Positions 52,364 to 64,000 of a DNA stretch of 64,000 nt are shown here, in pieces; position 1 is the first letter of the stretch, and every line of letters begins with the position of its first letter. Position numbers and translations under genes: made by a program. Source of the stretch: Balanoglossus misakiensis (Eukaryota > Animalia > Hemichordata). The notes below the pieces were generated by a model. It was given only the letters and a program-made list of their open reading frames with translations, searched no databases and was not told where the DNA came from. The stretch covers positions 12,646,286-12,710,285 of the forward strand of contig CM082581.2 in NCBI GenBank assembly GCA_040954595.2. Direction: 5' to 3'.

Positions 52364-55300
52364 GTTCCACCCATATCACAAACACCACCAGTGATTTGCG
52401 ACAAAATACCATCCGTGATCCACCCCACGAATGACGCCACCCACCCAAATGTGCTGACACAGTGGGGTGTTCCAAGTTGCAGTGGAACCAACAATCTTTC
52501 CAACCACATCTATCAGGAGCAACAACAGTGATTTGTAAAGTAATACACAACGTGTAAAACCAATCAGTGGCAAGATAATTGTCATCAAAACAAGAACTAT
52601 CGATGCAGCATCATGCTGAATTCAAGTTACAATTTTAAGTTTTGGTCTGTCAACTAGACATCACATGCCGAAGTTGCAACATCATGTAAGGTCGTCATGA
52701 ACATCAAGAAAATTATTTCTGAGCCGGTAAGTCCCTTTCAATCAAGGGAATGGTCTCAACATGCCAATAATCAGTGACAAACTCTAATCAAACAAGGTCA
52801 TTGCCAAATGAAAAATGTAATATTTCAACGATAGATCAAGTGAAATGGAGGCAAGGAATTGGTCTCATATTGTCAAGGAGAAATGTTTGCCGAACCAAGG
52901 AGCCTAGCAAGGTCATCGGAAGGTCATGGAATTAGAGCAGAACTGAGAAATCAGATGAAGTCATCAAAAGAAGTCAAGAAGTTTGTACTCTATCAACAAG
53001 AAACTGGAATGCAGAACCATTAATGCAGAAAAAAAGGAACCAAATGAAGAAATCAGATGTCACATTACATCACATCACTGAAGAAACAAAAGATACAACC
53101 ACACAGAAAATGATCTCATCAAGAAATCAGGATCATCCAGCCACAGTGGAATTATCTGTGTGAAATGAAGAAATACAATGAAATTGACACTAAACCAGCT
53201 TAATCATGTCATATTATCACTGAAGAGTGACCAGTGGAGAGAAACTGAAGGAATCAAATGAAGAAATCATGTGATCATTGAATCACCGAGGAATCATCCA
53301 TGTCAAACCAAGGAATGAAATGAAGTCAGATAACGGAGCAACCAATGATTGACACGTTGTCTCTGCAATATAGCGAATCGGATTAATTACTCTATTATTA
53401 CTGTAGAACTATCGCAGCGATGCACAGGTATCATTGCACTAACCGGAAATCACCCTTACTCTATATCAGCAGTGCTGATGGATCTCTGAACTATTAATGA
53501 CTTTCTTAACAAGAAAACTTACGATGAATCTTTAATATTATGAGAGTTGGATAGGCATGTCCACTCTGAAAATACGGACTCAATCTACGGATTATAAACA
53601 AAATTGTGAATACGTGACAGTATCACACATTTCAGGCCAGTGTTATACTTGACAGTATAACCAAGACTCATTAAGGAAAGTGTGGAGAGAATTTGCAATG
53701 TGGACACATGTACTCGTTTCAGAAGAATACGAGATTCAGGACATAGCAGGATTTGATTTGCATAATAATGTAGGAAGTATAATGCCATAGAATAATGCGG
53801 TACGAAATAGACAATTTCCTAGGGTGTCACTATCGATGGCTTTCGATTGGACACAGAGCACTACCCAATGATAGACACTGACTCTACTTGAGAGAGAATG
53901 GACTCTATAACTTTGCAATTTTTCGTCTGAGAGACATATGATCTTCTCAAGGCGCTTGCTGCAAAACTTTCTGTGCAGGATCGATCAGAACTTTTAAATT
54001 TTTTTCTTACTTTATTGTAATTTTTTGTGGTGAAGTCTTGTCTTCTGGTGATTGTGTAACAGCCTACCCCGCCATTTTATCCTCTGAGTTGATGAAATTA
54101 AAAAATGATGAAACAATGTCATGTTTGTGGAGTTCTTTCTTTTTCGTCATATGTGAGACACTGAGATGCAAGTTGATTACAGAAACGTCATTTCACTGAG
54201 TTGCCATAAAAGGGTGTAAGAACAGTAAGCTTGTGTATCATTGAAATTTGTAAATTCTGACATTGATGGCGCTTTGTAACAAACCAGTCACATTTAACGG
54301 TAAATGCGTCACTTTTTCTGTCAGATAGACAATGCTCGGACTGGTCGAAAGGGGCGTTGTAGCCGGCATGGCGTTTGATCGGTGGCATCTCGTGTATAAT
54401 GACGTCACAGAAGAACTCGCGTGGGTGGAATTCGAGTTTTAATTTAAATCAAAATGATACTGTCATTTTCCAATGTCAAAATATTGACCCTACATCAAAT
54501 GTTTAGCATCTCTGTGATTTATTGACACGTACAATTCGATCGAAATTAATTTATTTTAAGCCACCGATTTAGTTGTACCTTTTACAGGGAGGGAATCGGG
54601 CCGCAATTTTAATATTTTGACAGGAGTGAGATTATTATTCTATTCCCGACAGCGGATAAACAAATTACCCCCTTTTCGGCTCTGTACGAGTTTGGTTGGA
54701 TCTCCATAAGAACTAACCACACTTACGCGCATTATATCAACGGCAAACATATTTTTTTTATTTCATCGTTTTGTTATCCAGAAATTTGATGGACGTGCAC
54801 ATATCTGCAGCAAAAATATCAAATTTCAGCGATTTAATGAGAATTGGTGACATGATTAATGGCAACACCGTATTTCAATATTGACCCTCGTCTTCATATT
54901 TGCATCACTGTTGTCATGGTAACTGATATATCTCCATCTGTCCCAATAATGCTTTTCATCAGAAGAGATTTATTAAATGTGTGAAAAGCTAACAAATAGT
55001 TAATGACAAGACCCGGAACATGGTGGAATGCGTTCGACTCATAATGCTTGTGATGGACATTAAACGTATTTCCTGGAATCGGAAAGTAATAACACACTCG
55101 GTAGAAAACCGAGAATTTTCCCCCTATATTATTGTTTAATTTTAGTTTTATATTACTTTGAAAGACGGAAAATTGAAAAGTAATCATAGAAAAGTAATCA
55201 TTTCGTTTTCAGTTTCAGTCTTATTCTATACTCTGAAATTCTCAATTCATTCATCTGATTGAAGAACAGTCTCAGAATGGGCAACTTAACATTGTTCTAT

Positions 55301-58300
55301 GCTGTCCGATAGAGGACAGTGTTTGCTCTCCCCAACGGCGCATTATAGATGGACTTGATGAGGATCGACTACGTGATGAAATGATGTACATTTGTTATGT
55401 GATCGCAAACAAAGGAGGACAAATTGCCTAAAACGTCAGAGTTTTGTCATAAATATCAATAAAGCGAAGCCGAGCTGCAAAACCTTATGAGAATTGTGAT
55501 TGTTTACGAGCGAGGAGGTTCAAATTACGTGCGAAAACACAAAACTGAACAAAACTGAATATGACATACTAGTATAAATCTTGCAGCTAGAAAGGAAAAT
55601 CCATGAGTAACTTTATTCTAGATTTATCAACATTTATTTCATTAGACTTAACGCCGACAATACCTTCTCGGTGAATTTGCCAAACTCAATTTGACGTTTT
55701 CACTCGGTGTAGTGTTTCCAATAATAGCTTTTTGTGGAGATACATTTACCGAGACTGTTTAAATATATACGAGGATGTGAAATCTCGATATTTTATTAGA
55801 CCAAATTGCCATAGCAACTGCTATCGTTTGGCCTGTTGACGTATTGTAATACTTTTATTACACACGGCAAGTTGTAATTAATTGCGTATATTCTTTATAG
55901 CGCCACCGAAAACATCTATATTAAAACATACGCATCACACACTGTTCGCTTAGTAAAAGGCAATTTCCTTTTCGAGCGAAAATACGCACACATGTATAAA
56001 GAACCACGCCGTTTCGGAAATGGACAGGCATGTCTTCTTTTTTTCTCTATAAATAATAATGTCGTTTTAATATAAGGGTTAGTTAGCAATACACTGACCT
56101 TTAGAAAAGTAAAAGGTAGTTATAGACAGCGAGTTAGAAAAGAACATTGTGATAAAGAGCAACTTATATTAAAAGAATTGCTTCCAAGCCTGTTACGGGG
56201 GAGGGGGTGAGGTAGACGGTATGTACATATTAAGTATTGCAACCATCCAAACGTGACAGAAAGAACAGATGGAAACACGAAGGACATAGCCACCAGCCAC
56301 ACTGATATCACACGGCAACTCAACAGAGAGAAAAGATGAGCATATTTCGATAATGGACAGGCGATAACAGTTTCCACTTAGGTGTAAAATTTAACCTCTT
56401 GTGATACCATTAAGTCATTTTAAACGAACGCGGTTAAATACATGTTACGGGAGCATATGGTTGAAAATTATTATTTTGACTAGAACATTAATAGACTATC
56501 AAAAGCATTTTTTGTGTTGACGTTCACACTCCAACACGTCAACCATGATCACGATCTTCTTCATGGAAACGACAACACGAGTTGCACAAAAAATTAATTT
56601 TGTTCACAAGGTCGCGATCAGTGAACATTCATATTGGTTGAAAACAACGCCACTTCAGCCGCAGCTGCAATTCTCTGTGTTCATAAACTTATCCACAATA
56701 TCTGACGATGGTACATCCGACCCGTGATGACGTAAGACACAGAATGGCGACACGAAAGAAAGTAATAACCCGTTGTTAATGAATGATTATCTACGTTCGG
56801 AGTGTTTAATAATTGGGTATGACGCAGGACTCCCGGAAAAAACGTGTGAAATTTATCATTTCCATCCAATATTGTATATTGTATTTACACATTACATCTA
56901 CTCACATGTAGAAAGCAATGCTACTTCATACAAAGCGTCATCGTCACTGACGTCATCAGGGGGTACACCTGGTCATCAACAGGTCCATAGGTTATCAACT
57001 TTACTATACTGTAACTGTCCCGGCTCCCCCTTGACGGATATTGAAATCTTAGCGGCATATAGTAATCATGTGCGTCATTGTTTCAGAATCTATTCTGAAT
57101 TATTTATAAATGAGGAATTATGAACTACGCCAGAACGAGATCAAATTTGACAAATGAGCTAAAACGTCTGCATTAGGAGAAGCGGCTATGCGTTAAAGTT
57201 CAGGTTTTATGGGAGTTCGCATTAAACTGTCGACCGAATCCAACGGCGCTGAATATGACGACACTGGTTTTCGAGAAGGGATTTATGAACATCATATCTA
57301 GCAATGATGAATAAGTTGAGAAAGTACAAAATAAATTTGACTCCCCTCCCCCTCAGCCAAAACGTCTCTTGGAATGATCCTGCCCACAAGGTAGGCTGAG
57401 CCTACACTGAGACTAGACCCCCGTCATTTACAAATCCTATATATCCCTTTACATCGGACGCAGAGTCGCATTATCCAGCGGAGACCCTCTTCGGGGTTTG
57501 TGTCACGCCCACGATTAAATCCAGGCGCTTATGCACGTCTTTGAATTGTACCATCAGTTTGAAACAGTGATCACGTGAATGCAAAGAGAACAGGAAACTG
57601 TATTGGGCTTCAACAAAACGTGGATACACTAGACATGTACAAATTCTTAATTTAATCACTTCTAACCAAACTATTTTTGTACCTTTCTTATCATACTGTA
57701 TCGCAAAGTCGTGACATTTCAACGACATTGGCAAAACCAATTCAAAAAGCATCATCATCAAATACAAAATATCCTTAAAATGAACAGCTCCTTAATTGGT
57801 CATACATCATGGTACATGTATGTCAAAAACCAGTCACTTTACAAAATAATTTCCCAAATCACTAGAATGTGTTTGGCTGAAAGGTTTGTATGTGGGTTAT
57901 TTTCCCCCATTACATGTAAAACATAAGGTGGCAATTCCTCAAACTCTCTTTGTGGCAGAAAATACAATAGACACAGCACACAATCTGCCCATTAGAAATC
58001 AGCCAATGGATTAATTGATACTAAGCTGTTGAACTCCAGGTGGGCATTTGTGTGAAAGCTTTATCTCTCTGAGTGACAGCTGCAAAGCAAAGTTCAAAAG
58101 ACGTGGGCGTACCTGGCGGTGGTTTGTCATTTTCTCATTTGGAGCATCTCAAGTTCACCTTTACCACCTTGTGAGAGATAATCAGTAACACGCACCTGTT
58201 TTACACTCCCCATCTAATGTTGATTCAGCACCGACCGGGATGTATCTAAATAACAAAGTGTCAAACAGGAGCTGATGGTAAACTGAGACCGAATGATGAG

Positions 58301-59635
58301 TGCTAACAACAGTTAAATTGATCTTTGTGGGCAATTTGTGAGTAAGTCCACAGGGAGACGTCTCCATTTTAAAACTAATGGTCTAAACACCCCCATCACT
58401 TTTGATGAAGAATGTGTTTACGCAAGGTATTGAGTATTCGCATAAAGCAGGCATGGTTTGTCTTAATGACAACTGATATGAAAAATAAAAAACAGTCTTC
58501 AAGATTTACAGCAATGTCTGCTATTTTGTGAACTTCTCACCACCGAGGGCAGACTGCAGCTCAGCAAAAATGAGACTATTGGTTGACGGATTGACTTTTG
58601 TCTGTTTTACATGCAAAGGCAACTCCAGTCAAGGTATCTGTGGACAAATTGAAGTCTGCTCTCTATTAGAACGATACCTGCCCGTCTCTGAAGACATGAA
58701 ACGATGGTAACATGAGAAGGCAAACCTTCCCAGACTATCAGTCTCGCTTTCTCTAGCTGGTGGCACCAGTCAAATCTAACAAATTCACGGTAAACCATCC
58801 ATCTGCTTGGGGAAACTTTCATGACACAAATGCTGCCGGCCATGTATCATCCTGGCTAGTAATTGACCTCAATGACAGGTAATCTTTGGAAAAGGTTCAC
58901 CCCTCAATAGTAATTTGACGTAGAAAGAGTGACTGTGCACACAACCCTACAAGCAATGCTGGATGTAATTTACCCCTCCATTACAGACTAAACTTTTCAA
59001 TCGCAGAAGGGGAAGTACGCTGCAGCCAATGCTAGATCCTAATGTCTGTACATAAGGTCAAATATTTGCATATTACATTTCCCACAATGCCAGACCAAAG
59101 ATGGCGGCATGAATGATTTGACGGATGGGATAAGCAGTTTTGTAAATAATTATAACACCAAGGACATCTACATTCTGTAGGAACTCGGGGGTATACTACT
59201 CAATAAAGTATAACAATTAATAACACAAAATTGAACCAAGCTGCTGTGATGAGAGAAGTCTCACTATGCTTCAACAAAAAAGGACCTGCTAACATCTATT
59301 GATTTATATATTGGGTTACTTCAGATATTAATAATACTAAATGTGAAATTACTTTTGACCTTGCTTCAAGCAGAAATATGAAACAAAGAAGAACATTTGG
59401 TAAATGTCGCCTTAAATGAACAAGTCGAATATCCTCACACTTATAATAACTTAAGTGTTTTGTTATCGTACATAACCTTTTTTCTCTATTGACGTTTTTA
59501 AAAAAGTGCTCACAAAATCAAAATTAACAAAAGAGGAATAATCATAATGAAAGTTTTAACATCTGGTAGAAATTCAACTCTCTCCATCTTTTCTGTGCTA
59601 ATCACTTTGCTGCAGCAACCAAGCCATCCTTTCTT

Positions 59636-59779
59636 TTAGGAAGTCTGTGTCCCTGTGGCTTGGGTTGCTTGTTCCTCTTCTGGGTAATCTTGTATCTTTC
59701 GATGGACTTGACGAAGATACTGCTGCTGCTTGTAGTAGATTTTCATAGCTCCTTTAATGGTGACAAACGCAATGCCACC
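59636..59779 (-). CDS. MARCHF5: MARCHF5 (MITOL) mitochondrial E3 ubiquitin ligase, last coding exon; the rest of the gene lies beyond the right edge
   Basis: After the acceptor ttttacag, 144 nt encode GGIAFVTIKGAMKIYYKQQQYLRQVHRKIQDYPEEEQATQATGTQTS*. This matches the remembered vertebrate MARCH5 C-terminus GGIAFVAIKGAFKVYFKQQQYLRQAHRKILNYPE. Too short for the ORF track. Confidence 0.93.
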   Translation of the reverse strand, partial: GGIAFVTIKGAMKIYYKQQQYLRQVHRKIQDYPEEEQATQATGTQTS

Positions 59780-62700
59780 CTGTAAAAAGAGATATGAGAA
59801 TGTTTTAATGGAGGCAATCTGTGTCCGGGTGGGGGTAATTTTCAGTGAAATAGCAATGTATAAATTTTACCTACTTTTTAAACATTCTGCTTAATGCAGT
59901 TTAGGTTACACATATGACTGTAATGTCGCCATTGTAAAACGACTTATATTACCTGTAAATCAAATTATCTGAACAAATTGTGTTCTTTGGTTTATCGCTG
60001 AACGGTTTTGATAGTATATATAACCGATGTGCAAATGTTAAAGTTCAATGTTTTGTATCGGTAAATATCATGTTTTTCTATTCAGTGGGAAAGAACGGAG
60101 AGTGATAAAGTCCATGTTATCACTGTTTATCTTAATGACATTTCTACACTGCTGTCAACATGCCATTCTTTGTAAAGGCCATGGAACCTATCAGGAGACA
60201 GAAAAGCACAAACTGATACAGTGATAATGTTTGTCACACTGCTATCTACACAGAAGCTGTCACTGCCGTCTCTACGGGATGAATGTCGTGTTGTCAGGGT
60301 GACCAGAATGGTTCGTTCTGAGATGTGACCCATGCATGCAAAAGTGCTTCTGACTTTTGCTTGACTGTTCCCTCCTACGACTGCAGGTCTTCTGTTGTGG
60401 CAATGAGACCTGTTGCCATACACCGAGCATTTTTTTTCACTGTATTTCATCCCATCTTCCAGTATGTGGATTCAACAGTCCCTTTAAAACCAATGGGGGT
60501 GGAGTTTTGCCTCATCCACACTGGAGTGACAGTGACAAAAACCATGTCTGAACAGGTCTTCGAAAGGCAATGACCTTTTAAATAATGAAAAGTGTAATAC
60601 ATACTCAACAGGATAGGCTTGCTTTATGTCTACTGGTGCTTCATTCATCTCTACAACTCAATTGTATTCATTCAAGCAATTTTTCATGAAATTGTTCTCG
60701 CCAATGTATTTCAAAAGCACTACAATCCACTTGCCCTTTATACAATCTCGTGTGAAACTATAAACAAACTACTTCTGAGTCAAAAGGGACATTCTAATAA
60801 CTCGGTGGATTTCGAAAAAAGAAAGAAATGCAATTATTTTGTTCTCAAAGTAACCAAACTTGTCTGTATTCATCAATCTGTACAGTGGCTTGGAAAAATA
60901 ACGACCCTTCTATTTTGCTCGAAAATTGAAATTTCAATATTTTATGGAAGCATACGATCATTATTTCCACTCAAATGGTGCACACAGTAATGGAATTCAC
61001 CACAGGAAAAAAACACTGATGCACAGCTGAAAAATTCACTATGGCAGACGAGGACTCAAACACAATGTAGCATGCAGAGAGTTCTAGCAAGACCTGTATG
61101 TTATGCAGAACACGGCCACGTTTTATGGGTCGAATAATTTCCGACAAAAATATAGTTGTGTCAAATATTTGACATTTTCAATATTTCTTTTTTAATAACT
61201 TCTGCGCTTCATGCAGAATGCTAAAACCACTTGACAGTCAAATTTTACTGCAAACCAAGATGTTGATGACGATGATTTGTTGAAGTTGTTATTTTGCACA
61301 AATTAGAGTGGTCACAAGAACTGATGGTGATTTTCAGAACGTGGCCATCATGATACTCAGCTCACTGTTGCAAGGACCACCCTAGTCTTCAGAGTTCTTC
61401 TTCATCTGAAAAGCTGACACAACTCTAGAATTTTCATCTTTCAATGTGTATCACCATACTCGCATTCAAATAATCGCCTTCAGATTAAAATTATTTACAC
61501 AGGATGTCAACATGTGTTTGTAAATTAATGGCGATTGCCAACATATGTGATCATAGATGATAGATTTCCGGTTTTATTATTTTGCAAAGATGTACATATG
61601 CTGAGCAGACAATGTGGACTAAAGATTTTATTGTATTAAAATGTAAATTGGTGACATACAATATTTCACGCAGTCAGAGCATGAAACCATTGTCTGGAGA
61701 CAGGAAATTGTAATATTAATTTACAACTAAAAAAAATGGGTTGATATTTTATAATACCATATATGGGCAGTATGATTATGTAAATTTTGGGCTATAGTAT
61801 GAATAAATTTAATGAATATTGTTATTTGCAGACTGTGTGTTATTGTTGTTAGCTCTATATTACATCATTACTGTTACAGTATGCAAACATTTCATCTGAC
61901 ACACAGGTTTGAGGTTTTGAGATATAATTCACATAATGTCCTCTGAATAACCCTGGGTTAATGAAAATCAGCGAGATAGAAAATCTAGATAGGGCATGAA
62001 ATAGGTTGGCATGACATACTCTTGGGGCAAAAACAATTTTTGACAACAAAAAAATATCATATTAACTGGATAAATACGAAAACCCTGGGGATGACAGTTT
62101 TAGGCCATGTCTTTGGGGATTTCATCTAATCCATCAATTGAAACACATCTAGTATTCACACTACATACTGTAGGGGGAGGCTATGTTATTGCTAGAACCT
62201 ACTAGTAATTATGGCATAACAATTATAACTGTTTACATAATGTGGTATCACAAATTACAGAAATTGTGTGGTCTCACTGCTGTGATGTTTCAGTGCACAG
62301 TCGACCATCAAGTAAACCTGTTGACCGACTCCTTATTTCGGGCCATTTTGGGCAAAGAAACTTGTGTTGTGACTTTGACTCACCATAAGGGAAACCTATG
62401 ATACAGTAAACTGTTGTCCACTGTGAAGGTCAATGCAACCCAAAATGGTGAATAAGCTGCTGTACTTTATAAGCGGCCACCAGCTTCTGTAATTAATCTG
62501 GACGATTGTATGGAGGTTCTAGAATCTACTGATAACCCAGGATTCAACAGCATTTCAACTGGTACCACCCTGATATAATCAGAAATTGTCTTTGTCTTTT
62601 GATAATTCACCTCTGAACGGATTACATTTCATCCTATTTACAGGTAACATAATGGATCATTTCCGGAAACATGCTGCACATGCATGCGTTTCCTGGTACT

Positions 62701-64000
62701 AGTGTATTTATCCGCTTTATTTCCAAAGTGTAAATACACAAAAGAGCTTTCTGTTCTGTATGTTATCGATCATCTAAAACAACAGTGGACATGTTTTGAA
62801 TACACTCATGGCCTACTTCAGCACTGATCTGTTGTGATTACCAAGTCACGGGGGTCATCTACATGTATGCATTTTACCAAGCGCAAGAGCATTCAGTGGT
62901 CAGAGGGTTAAGCTGGGGCACGACCCGACACAAGATATCACATGGTGTACACTGTATTCTTTCAGATAGAAAAAAAGACCTCTTTTGAAAATGAACAGAC
63001 TGATGCTACAAATGTTAGAAGACAATATGTGCCACAGGTCTCTGCACCACCTGTCTATCTGTGGATTCCAATATGGCATCAGTCAAATTTTTATTTGATA
63101 CATAGAGTAGTTGTGGCAGCAGTTCCATCAGGTCAATACTGAATTTTCCACAGTAACCATGGTGAAAACATCATTAATAACTAAACATTTTTTAATAATC
63201 AAGGAAATGTAACAAGCTCCCACTAAAAATGCACATGAATAAACAAAACCCCCTCATAAAAACTACATGTACTATAAACCCTACAGAAAATTGCCCTTTA
63301 TATTATTTGATCTGAATTTTTCAGATTTGTTTATCCTCCTCCTCTTCTTACCTATTTCAATGTTGCCTCCCTGTTCAAGAAATCATTACCACATCATCCC
63401 CTGAACATGTGCCCTTTTTCAGCAGCTGCAAATGATTTCTTTGACAAATGATGCAGGGTGATAAGTAAACTTGTAATATTGAATATTGATGGTTTATGTT
63501 TGAATATCAAGGACGTTTGTTAGCTGGCAGTATGTGTGCATGTGTGTGCATGGGCGTGTGCATGTGTGTGTCAAGCCTCGCAGACTTCAGTCTGCTGTCT
63601 TGTTTCAGGACAGACTTAAAAGCAGAAGCATTACGCCAAATATGCTGCCTTAATGTATTGCATCAAAAGCTCACCTCCAGTCAACTGCCCACAGGGAAGA
63701 TTTTCTATGGCCTCCTATATATTAAACTCATGAATGGACAACAAATTAACAAATTCACACAGCAAGCTCTTGACAAATCAAGCAGTGAAATCTTTCTGAG
63801 AAAAACACGACACTTTGACATTCCAGTATCATTACCCTTTGTCAACGAGATGCATCTCAAAATTGCTCGATTTTGTGAAATGCAAGCATTGTATCTTCTC
63901 CTGTAGGATAGCGTGTTTCTGCCTTTGAAATGTTTCCATGGCAACATGACACACACACCCCAAATTGCCTGTGAATCTGTTCAGATGCTCATCTTTTTCT

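Noticed and set aside
55313-55385. Possible isolated coding exon (EDSVCSPQRRIIDGLDEDRLRDEM)
   Set aside because: Weak splice signals, no partner exons and no recognisable homology.
11593-56957. Scattered TGACGTCA (CRE) palindromes, e.g. ~11594, 12736, 41177, 54401, 56949
   Set aside because: Several fall in coding or intronic sequence and function cannot be inferred from the motif alone.
59780-64000. Further MARCHF5 exons or other genes
   Set aside because: No MARCH5 TM or RING-CH sequence was recognised and the short ORFs look random; treated as intron.

Overview
Eukaryotic (metazoan, probably marine invertebrate) genomic DNA with short spliceosomal introns. Bases 1-10.2 kb are a very homogeneous 87-bp satellite whose long ORFs are artefacts. 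It abuts a gene-dense region containing, left to right: a deiodinase-like reading frame with TGA at the selenocysteine position (-); a secreted protein made of three tandem Caspr/neurexin-IV-type fibrinogen-like modules (+); two tandem, diverged SLC4A11-like transporters (-), the second hosting an intronic tRNA-Pro(AGG) and a GC-AG intron; a PARP14-like macro-domain protein without a PARP domain (+); an intronless N-acylated low-complexity protein (+); a complete insulin-degrading enzyme (IDE) gene with a putative mitochondrial leader and C-terminal SKL (+); and the last coding exon of MARCHF5 (-), tail-to-tail with IDE as in vertebrates. Exon coordinates were read by eye and may be off by a few bases. 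No database searches were run, so family assignments rest on remembered motifs.
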